A stretch of 41,336 nucleotides of DNA. Source: a candidate division WS6 bacterium OLB20. Its GTDB lineage: Bacteria > Patescibacteriota > Dojkabacteria > B142 > OLB20. The DNA lies in assembly GCA_001567355.1 (NCBI GenBank), contig JYNZ01000003.1, forward strand, positions 136,655-177,990, written 5' to 3'. The position numbers and the translations under genes are program-made. Below are positions 27,382-34,758 of this stretch, one piece after another; within the stretch, counting starts at the first letter, position 1, and every line of letters begins with the position of its first letter. The notes under the pieces were generated by a model, which was not told the DNA's origin, did not search any database, and saw only the letters and a list, made by a program, of their open reading frames with translations.

Positions 27382-27966
27382 ATGAGCAAATATGTCTCAT
27401 CCGGCGCAATGAAAAAGATTGCGCTTGTCTCAGGTGCCCTCGCTCTGGTTAACGGCCTTATCGGCCTTGCCGTTGCACTGGTACCTCCACTTGCCTTCCT
27501 GGCATGCTTTATTACACCGCTGCTTTGTCTGGTCGGACTCGGAATCCCGGCCTGGGCAGCATATGTGGCTGTCAAAGAGAACGGCTTCACCAAGGACCAG
27601 ATCACTGACGGTCTGCTTTCAGGAGCACTTGCCGGAGCAGTATCAGGTGCAGTTACCGGTACTGTTGGAGCAGTATTCGGCATCATTAACACACTGGCTG
27701 GCGGCGCAAGCAGCGCAGCACTGACTTCTCTTGGAGGTTTTGACACGCCAGCAACTGACGTTGCAGTGTCAACCGGCGCCGGAGTTGTTGGATCGATTAT
27801 CTGCGCACCTGTTGGAATCATCGTTGCTATTCTGATTGCAGCAGTTATCGGAGCAGTCGCAGGCCTCTTGATCGCAGCCATGACCGAGAAGGCAGGCGCA
27901 AAACCTGCAATGGCAAGCAAGCCTGCAGAGCCAGTAGAAGCAAAAAAGGAAGAAGAGACCAAGTAA
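27382..27966 (+). CDS. Hypothetical Gly/Ala-rich integral membrane protein
   Basis: 194 aa, about four hydrophobic helices and a charged tail; followed by a terminator. Confidence 0.8.
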   Translation: MSKYVSSGAMKKIALVSGALALVNGLIGLAVALVPPLAFLACFITPLLCLVGLGIPAWAAYVAVKENGFTKDQITDGLLSGALAGAVSGAVTGTVGAVFGIINTLAGGASSAALTSLGGFDTPATDVAVSTGAGVVGSIICAPVGIIVAILIAAVIGAVAGLLIAAMTEKAGAKPAMASKPAEPVEAKKEEETK

Positions 27967-27985
27967 CGCTTCTTTAAGAACACTC

Positions 27986-28016
27986 ACAGTCCCGCTCAAA
28001 GCGGGACTGTTTGTTT
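27986..28016 (+). terminator. Intrinsic terminator
   Basis: ACAGTCCCGCT-CAA-AGCGGGACTGT followed by TTGTTT. Confidence 0.85.
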
Positions 28017-28098
28017 CTATACAGATTGAATCACATATGATAGTATTAGTAACCGTGATTTTGACACTGTTTCAGTCTGCTTTGCAGTGTCAATGCAG

Positions 28099-28175
28099 GG
28101 GTAGTTAGCTCAACTGGTTAGAGCATTCGCTTGACGTGCGAAAGGTTATAGGTTCGAGTCCTATACTACCCACCA
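28099..28175 (+). tRNA. tRNA-Val (GAC)
   Basis: Acceptor stem GGGTAGT/ACTACCC, D arm AGCTCAACTGGTTAGAGC, anticodon arm TTCGC-TTGACGT-GCGAA, T arm ATAGGTTCGAGTCCTAT, encoded A-CCA end. Confidence 0.97.
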
Positions 28176-28264
28176 GATTCACGGTCCGACATATACCGCA
28201 GCCAGGGGAGGAGCATTGCGCAAAGTGGTACAATGCTTTGTACCTGCCCGACGATTTCAACAAC

Positions 28265-30013
28265 ATGAACGAACAACAGTTACAAGCTCTTGAAACGATG
28301 CGACACAGTTTTGCGCATGTACTTGCGCAGGCGGTATTGCGTCTCTATCCTGGCTCAAAGCTCGGCATAGGCCCGGTTATTGAAGAAGGCTTTTACTACG
28401 ACATTGAGGCTCCCTCACGCATCAGTGCAGACGATCTGCCACAGATAGAAGCAGAAATGAAGCGGATCATTGACGAAGGTCTTGTGTTCAAGCAGATCAT
28501 CATTCCGCGCGAACAGGCGTTTGACACCCTGCACCACCTCGGCCAGATCTATAAGACAGAGCTGCTGCAACAGATTCCTGACGAGACCATCAGTTTTTAC
28601 AAAACAGGTGAAGAATTTATTGACCTGTGCCGGGGTCCGCACGTGCACGACACATCACAGCTCAGGGTGTTCAAACTGACAAGCATAGAGACTTCGTACT
28701 GGCTCGGTGACGAAAACCGGCCCGAGATGCAGCGTATTATCGGGGTGGCATTCAGCCATGCCGCTGAACTGGAAAAGTACCTGAAGGACCAGGAGGACAG
28801 GAAACTCCGGGACCATCGTATTCTGGGCAGGCAGCTCGGGATATTTCATCTTGACCAGACACAGGGTAAAGGCATGCCCATGCTGCTCCATAATGGCGTT
28901 ATGCTGAAACAGAGCCTTGCCAGCATGCTGAAAAACAGAATGATCGATCAGGATTACGAATTTATCGAGAGTCCCGAATTTATTAAAGAGAGCACGCTGC
29001 ATGCGGTGAGATATCTTGACTACAACCGGGACGTATTCATGCCACAGTTTCAGCTGGAAAACAACATGCACCGTCTTCGGACAGATGCTGTCAGCCAGCT
29101 TTTTTCTGCATTCAGTTACAAAAAGAGAAGCTACAAGGAGCTGCCGCTTCGACTGAGTGAATTTGCAGCATCATACGCAAACATACCGGTTAAAGATCTG
29201 CACGGATTGTTTAAGACACGAAGGTTTACCAGAGACAACAGCGTCAGCTTTACAGCTGCTGATCAGGCGATCCCTGAGGTCAAACGCATCATAAAAGAGA
29301 TGACATCCCTGCTGCAGCAGTTTGAACTGAACGACTACCGTATTGCCCTTGGCACCCCTGTACAGGGAGCTAACGGGCAGCACTATATCGGAAACGAACA
29401 GGACTGGCGGGATGCGTCCTATATTCTTGAAAAGGCCCTGTCTGAGATGCACATCACAAGCCGCAAGACTGAAGGCGAGGCTGCTTTTTACGGCCCCACA
29501 CTGCAGTTCCGGGTCAGAGACGTATTCAGACGTGAATGGACGATTGCCTCAGTCGGAATCGATCTTGCACTGCCCAAAATTGCCAACCTCACCTTTGTGA
29601 CTGCGGAGGGCAATGATGACACACCGGTCGCTATTCATCACAGCTTTATCGGCTCATTTGAGCGATTCCTCGGCATTCTGACCGAGGAGTACGGTGGCGC
29701 GTTTCCGACATGGCTTGCACCAGAGCAGGTACGCATTATCCCGATTTCAGCCAAGCACACATCACACGCCAAGGAAGTAGCAGAACAACTGCGTCACAGC
29801 GGTATCCGCGTATTTCTCGATGCACGTGATGAGACAATGCAACTGAAAATCAGAGATGCGCAGATCGATCGCATTCCCTACATGCTGATAATCGGGGATA
29901 AAGAGATCCAGACAGGATCTGTCTCAGTCAGACCCCGCAGCGGTCAGGACCTTGGTCTGATGCGCACTGACGAATTTGCAGCCCTCATATTTAAAGACAG
30001 ACCCGGTGCCTAG
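28265..30013 (+). CDS. thrS: Threonyl-tRNA synthetase homolog with degenerate aminoacylation site; editing and anticodon-binding domains intact; no TGS domain
   Basis: RHSFAH, GFYYD, DLCRGPHV, RDHR.LG, SYKELPLR, AFYGP, GSFERF, PTWLAPEQV and KIR..Q..RIPY. Catalytic motifs are substituted (see findings). The track ORF extends spuriously into the tRNA; ATG at 28265. Confidence 0.9.
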   Translation: MNEQQLQALETMRHSFAHVLAQAVLRLYPGSKLGIGPVIEEGFYYDIEAPSRISADDLPQIEAEMKRIIDEGLVFKQIIIPREQAFDTLHHLGQIYKTELLQQIPDETISFYKTGEEFIDLCRGPHVHDTSQLRVFKLTSIETSYWLGDENRPEMQRIIGVAFSHAAELEKYLKDQEDRKLRDHRILGRQLGIFHLDQTQGKGMPMLLHNGVMLKQSLASMLKNRMIDQDYEFIESPEFIKESTLHAVRYLDYNRDVFMPQFQLENNMHRLRTDAVSQLFSAFSYKKRSYKELPLRLSEFAASYANIPVKDLHGLFKTRRFTRDNSVSFTAADQAIPEVKRIIKEMTSLLQQFELNDYRIALGTPVQGANGQHYIGNEQDWRDASYILEKALSEMHITSRKTEGEAAFYGPTLQFRVRDVFRREWTIASVGIDLALPKIANLTFVTAEGNDDTPVAIHHSFIGSFERFLGILTEEYGGAFPTWLAPEQVRIIPISAKHTSHAKEVAEQLRHSGIRVFLDARDETMQLKIRDAQIDRIPYMLIIGDKEIQTGSVSVRPRSGQDLGLMRTDEFAALIFKDRPGA

Positions 30014-30110
30014 CATAAAATGATTGAATTATCCTGCACTTTCTGCTATTATCAACACTCGTATAGGTTAATTGTTACCAGCTTTCGCAATATACAAGGG
30101 TAGAAACAGC

Positions 30111-30665
30111 ATGAAATACATGAAGCGCGAAGAAGTGCGCTATGCCAGAAATGAATTCATTAAGGCACCCAGATTACTTGTAATTGATGCGGATGGTACA
30201 CAATTAGGCGAGATCGATACCGAAAAGGCACTTGCAATCGCCAGAGAGCGTGAACTTGACCTGATTGAGGTTGCTCCAAATGCAAATCCTCCGGTAGCCA
30301 AGATATATGACTGGTCAAAGTTTAAGTACCAGCAGGACAAAAAGCGCAAGGAGAACAAGAGTAAATCGATCGAACAGAAGGAGATGTGGTTCAAGTCGTT
30401 TATCGACACGGGCGACATGCTCCATAAGATCAAAAAGGTAAAAGAGTTTCTTGAAAAAAAGCATCCGGTCAAAATTACCATCCGTGGTAAGGGCAGGGTG
30501 ACACGTGACCACATGTATCAGGTGATGGACGAGATACTCGCCGAACTGGAAGGTTACATTAAATACGACGGACGTCCAAAACTGAGCGGGCGCAACATGA
30601 GCCTGATCGTACGTCCCGACATTAATAAAAAGACAAATGAAAAAGAACAAGATCAAAACACATAA
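30111..30665 (+). CDS. infC: Translation initiation factor IF-3
   Basis: NEFIKAPRLLVID..G.QLG, LDLIEVAPNANPPVAKI, VKITIRGKGR. The start is uncertain. Confidence 0.95.
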   Translation: MKYMKREEVRYARNEFIKAPRLLVIDADGTQLGEIDTEKALAIARERELDLIEVAPNANPPVAKIYDWSKFKYQQDKKRKENKSKSIEQKEMWFKSFIDTGDMLHKIKKVKEFLEKKHPVKITIRGKGRVTRDHMYQVMDEILAELEGYIKYDGRPKLSGRNMSLIVRPDINKKTNEKEQDQNT

Positions 30666-30840
30666 GGCTTCGAAGAAGCGTTTTAAACTGACTGCCACTG
30701 GTAAGGTTATGCACTACAAGCAGGGCAACAACCATCTTAAGGCTAACAAGAGTGGCGCACAGAAAAAACGCAGAAGCGGTGATACAGAGCTTGGCAGCAA
30801 AACCCAGGCAAAGAAGATTATTAATTTGATGAACGAATAA
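30637..30840 (+). CDS. rpmI: 50S ribosomal protein L35
   Basis: KIKTHKASKKRFKLTATGKV; synteny between infC and rplT. Confidence 0.95.
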   Translation: MKKNKIKTHKASKKRFKLTATGKVMHYKQGNNHLKANKSGAQKKRRSGDTELGSKTQAKKIINLMNE

Positions 30841-30841
30841 G

Positions 30842-31183
30842 ATGAGAGTCAAACGGGGTATTACAAAAAAACGAAAACATAAAAAGGTACTTGAGCAGAC
30901 AAAAGGTTTCCGCCTGAGTTACAGCAAGCTTTACCGCCGCGCACGCGAGGCGCTGCTGCATGCAAAACAGTACTCATACGGTCACCGCAGAAAGCGCCAG
31001 GGACAGTTTCGCCGTCTCTGGATTGAGCGTATCAATGCCGGTCTTACAGAAAGCGAAATGAAGTACAGCACATTCATTCACAATCTGAAGACAAAGAACA
31101 TCGAACTCAACCGTAAAATTCTGGCAGATCTTGCGCTTAACCACACCAGTGTGTTTGCAGAGGTCGTAAAGTCAGCAAAGTAA
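30842..31183 (+). CDS. rplT: 50S ribosomal protein L20
   Basis: MRVKRG, FRRLWIERINA and LNRKILADLA. Confidence 0.97.
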   Translation: MRVKRGITKKRKHKKVLEQTKGFRLSYSKLYRRAREALLHAKQYSYGHRRKRQGQFRRLWIERINAGLTESEMKYSTFIHNLKTKNIELNRKILADLALNHTSVFAEVVKSAK

Positions 31184-31213
31184 CGGTTCAACTGTTCACA
31201 TTACTCGTATTTC

Positions 31214-32263
31214 ATGGCTACAGCCAAGCCAGACACGCAAAAGCTGCTGACCGAGCTTGACGACCTGCTTCTTAAAGCAAAGGCGAACATCGCCAGCACC
31301 GATTCCGAAGAAGAACTTGACCAGGAGCGCGTACGCTACACCGGTCGCAAATCAGAACTCACCACAATCCTGAGAGGGATTAAGGACCTTTCGGATGACG
31401 GTAAAAAAGAGGTCGGAGCCCGTGCAAATGAAGTCAAAGAAAAGGTTCTTGAACTTGTTGAGAAACAGAGCATGGTGCTTCGCAAAAAGTCAGTGGAGCG
31501 TGCGAGCAAAGAGGAAGAGCTAGATGTAACTCTGCCCGGTAACAAGATCCCGCAGGGACGAAGACACATTATCTCCCAGATGCAGGAGCGGACAGAAGAA
31601 ATATTCCAGCGCATGGGCTTTGACGTGGTATACCCCTACGAAATTGATACAGACTTCAATAACTTTCAGGCTGTAAATATTCCCGAAGGTCATCCTGCCC
31701 GCGACAGCTGGGATACATTCTGGACCGAAGACGGTCAGATTGCAATCACACATACATCTGCCATGCAGAACAGGGTTCTGCGTTCGCATGAGCCACCGAT
31801 CAGGGTGGTTGTGCCAGGCAGGACGTTTCGTCATGAGGCTACGGATGCCCGCCATGAACATACGTTTTTCCAGGTCGAGGGAGTTTACGTGGATAAAGGC
31901 GTGACGTTTGCTGATATGCTCGGAACGCTGCAGACATTCTTCTCCGAATTTTTCGGTCAGAAGATAGGCATCAAGTTCTCGCCTGACTTCTTTCCGTTTG
32001 TCGAACCGGGAGGCATGATCTCAATCGATGTGTCCGGACTGGGAGATTCCTTCATGGAGATATCAAAAGGTACCGGCTGGCTCGAAATTCTTGGTTGCGG
32101 CATGATCCATCCGCGTGTACTTGAGATGGGTGGGATTGATCCCAATGTTTACAGCGGTTTTGCCTGGGGATTTGGCCTTGAACGTGTGGTCATGCCAAAA
32201 TTTGCGATCGAAGATATCCGCCTGATCTACAAGGGTGATTTGGATTTTGTTAGACAATTCTGA
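31214..32263 (+). CDS. pheS: Phenylalanyl-tRNA synthetase alpha subunit
   Basis: HPARDSWDTF, THTS, DARHEHTFFQVEG, FPFVEP, WLEILGCGMIHP and GFAWGFGLER. Confidence 0.97.
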   Translation: MATAKPDTQKLLTELDDLLLKAKANIASTDSEEELDQERVRYTGRKSELTTILRGIKDLSDDGKKEVGARANEVKEKVLELVEKQSMVLRKKSVERASKEEELDVTLPGNKIPQGRRHIISQMQERTEEIFQRMGFDVVYPYEIDTDFNNFQAVNIPEGHPARDSWDTFWTEDGQIAITHTSAMQNRVLRSHEPPIRVVVPGRTFRHEATDARHEHTFFQVEGVYVDKGVTFADMLGTLQTFFSEFFGQKIGIKFSPDFFPFVEPGGMISIDVSGLGDSFMEISKGTGWLEILGCGMIHPRVLEMGGIDPNVYSGFAWGFGLERVVMPKFAIEDIRLIYKGDLDFVRQF

Positions 32264-34710
32264 TGCTGTTATCATTTTCATGGCTTCAGACGTATCTGCC
32301 GGACCTGCATACGTTTGACCACAAAACAATTGCCGAGGCTCTCACCGGCTCACTTGCTGAGGTTGAGGGCATCACTGGTGTCAGAAAAGGTCTGAAGAAC
32401 ATCTCAGCTGGCGAAGTTATCAGCGTTGAACCTCACCCCACACACAAAAAACTTTCTGTCTGTGCAGTAAAACTGGCAAACAGTGAACGGACAATCATCT
32501 GCGGAGCACCTAATGTTGCAGCCGGAATGATTGTCGCCGTATGTCTGCCCGGCGGGAGCGTTCTCAACCCCAAACAGCCCCTGGGTTCACAGGATGTGTT
32601 TATGATTGAACAGCGCCAGATAGGAGAGGTAACATCAGAAGGTATGATCTGCTCTGCCAAGGAGCTTGGTCTGTCTGAATCTCACGATGGCATCCTTGAG
32701 CTTGAGCCCGAGATGATCCCAGGTACAGATCTCGTTCCGATGCTGCAGGATACAGTATTTGAGATTGAAAACAAGTCAATCAGTCACAGGCCGGACTGCT
32801 TCTCCCACAGGGGGATAGCGCGCGAGCTGTCTGCAATCCTCAACACAGAATTTCAGGAGACACCATCTGATGTATCTCTGATCCCTACAGCCAATCTTCC
32901 GCTTGCTGTTGACCGCAAGGTCAGCGCGGAGCTCTGCAGCAGATTTAACGCTGTAACCGTGACAGAGGTTACGGTAAAACAGTCACCGCTCTGGCTGGTA
33001 GCCAGACTTGCAGCGGTTGGCATTCGAAGCGTCAACAATGTTGTTGATATCACTAACTTTGTCATGATGGACATCGGTCAGCCGCTGCATGCGTTTGACT
33101 ATGACAAACTAGCCGATGCCGAACTTACAGTCAGAAATGCAAAGCAGGGTGAGAGTATTAAAGCGCTCGACGGATCCACCTACAAACTCAGCAAAGACAT
33201 GGTCATCATCGCCGACGGCGCAGGAAAACCTGAGAGTATCGCAGGTATCATGGGAGGAGCCCGGACCGAAATCACTGAAAAAACAACAAATATCGTTCTT
33301 GAAGCCGCAAACTGGGAGATGTATAACATACGGCGCAGCTCGCGTGAGCTTGGACTGCGGACAGAAGCGAGCACACGATTTGAAAAAGGCCAGGATCCAA
33401 ACCTGACAATGGATGGGCTCAAAGATGCCCTTGCACTTGTACAGGACGTTGCCGGAGGCGAACTTGCCTGCGAGCCCGTTGATATCTATCCCGAACCTGT
33501 TACTGAGCATACTGTCGAACTTCCTGTTCCCATGGTCAAGCGCTTTCTTGGTATTGACCTTAAAACCGATGCGGTAATTGAACTGCTGGAAGCACTTGGT
33601 CTTGAACACCTCGAAGAAGAAAGCTCTGCCGAGAATATCGAAAAGGATTCACAGATATTTCGCATACCCACATGGCGTGGTGATCTGAAGATTGCACAGG
33701 ATCTGCTTGAAGAGGTAGCCCGGATGTACGGGTACGATGCAATTGTCCCGACCTTACCTGAGGGATCACTAGAGCCGGTTGCGCGCAACCCTGTGTCAGT
33801 CGTCAACCGGATTATCCGTGACAGTCTCACCGGCTCAGGACTAGACGAGCTGATCACGTATAGTTTTACAGGAGAAGATGACTACAAGCGGATCCGTCTT
33901 GACCACACAAAGGCACTGGCGCTCAGCAACCCGATCTCTCCTGATTTGCGCCTGCTTAGAACAACGTTACTGACAAACTTGACTGCCAAGCTTTTGAGAA
34001 TGCCAAGCGACACAGCGTATTCCGCTTTTTTGAACTCGGACGCGTTATCCAGAAGGAGACCGATGATAGCGGTATCCATCTGCAGCCGCGAAAGGTGGCC
34101 GGTCTGCTGGCCGATGAGTCGGCTTCCGAGCTGTTTTTTTGATGCAAAAGGCGTGATTGAGGTCCTGCTGAAGGATCTGCACATCGATACTGATGCAGTC
34201 CGTTTTGTCCCTCTTGCTGAGGAGCCCGGTGCAGGTGCAAGCGCAGCATTCCATCCGGTAAGAACAGCTGTAGTTTATATCGGCGAAGAACGGCTGGGAA
34301 TCGTCGGCGAACTTCATCCGGAAATACTACTGACAGAAGACTACGACGGCAGGATCAGCGCATTTGAACTTGACGCAGACCTGCTCCTCAAGCATTACAA
34401 CGAATATGCCACCTACACAAGAATCTCGGAATTTCAGGCTGTCTCGCGCGACCTGAGCTTCTGGGTCGCCAGATCGGTTCTGTATACTGATTTTGTCGGT
34501 GCTATTCATGCACTCAACAATCCACTGGTAAAGAATGTCGAGCTTGTCGATGTGTTTATGCCAGCAGGAGAAGAGAAGCGCAAGGGCATCACTGTCAGTA
34601 TCACACTGCAAAGTATGGAACGAACACTTAGTGAAGAGGATATCAATTCCGCCGTTGAGACGGTGTCTCATGCACTTAAATCTGCAGTAAAGGCAGAGCT
34701 GCGCTCATAA
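32263..34710 (+). CDS. pheT: Phenylalanyl-tRNA synthetase beta subunit, with an internal pair of compensating frameshifts
   Basis: ICGAPNV, SEGMICSAKELG, RPDCFSHRGIARE, NNVVDITN, GQPLHAFD, EASTRFEKG, DLLEEVARMYGY and RDLSF. Confidence 0.96.
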   Translation: MLLSFSWLQTYLPDLHTFDHKTIAEALTGSLAEVEGITGVRKGLKNISAGEVISVEPHPTHKKLSVCAVKLANSERTIICGAPNVAAGMIVAVCLPGGSVLNPKQPLGSQDVFMIEQRQIGEVTSEGMICSAKELGLSESHDGILELEPEMIPGTDLVPMLQDTVFEIENKSISHRPDCFSHRGIARELSAILNTEFQETPSDVSLIPTANLPLAVDRKVSAELCSRFNAVTVTEVTVKQSPLWLVARLAAVGIRSVNNVVDITNFVMMDIGQPLHAFDYDKLADAELTVRNAKQGESIKALDGSTYKLSKDMVIIADGAGKPESIAGIMGGARTEITEKTTNIVLEAANWEMYNIRRSSRELGLRTEASTRFEKGQDPNLTMDGLKDALALVQDVAGGELACEPVDIYPEPVTEHTVELPVPMVKRFLGIDLKTDAVIELLEALGLEHLEEESSAENIEKDSQIFRIPTWRGDLKIAQDLLEEVARMYGYDAIVPTLPEGSLEPVARNPVSVVNRIIRDSLTGSGLDELITYSFTGEDDYKRIRLDHTKALALSNPISPDLRLLRTTLLTNLTAKLLRMPSDTAYSAFLNSDALSRRRPMIAVSICSRERWPVCWPMSRLPSCFFDAKGVIEVLLKDLHIDTDAVRFVPLAEEPGAGASAAFHPVRTAVVYIGEERLGIVGELHPEILLTEDYDGRISAFELDADLLLKHYNEYATYTRISEFQAVSRDLSFWVARSVLYTDFVGAIHALNNPLVKNVELVDVFMPAGEEKRKGITVSITLQSMERTLSEEDINSAVETVSHALKSAVKAELRS

Positions 34711-34758
34711 TACAGAGTTTACCCCGCCCGGACAGATCAGCAGATTACCTTACAAGGT

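Noticed and set aside
28136-28264. N-terminal extension of ThrS in the ORF track
   Set aside because: It overlaps the tRNA-Val gene and the promoter; ATG 28265 is the likely start.
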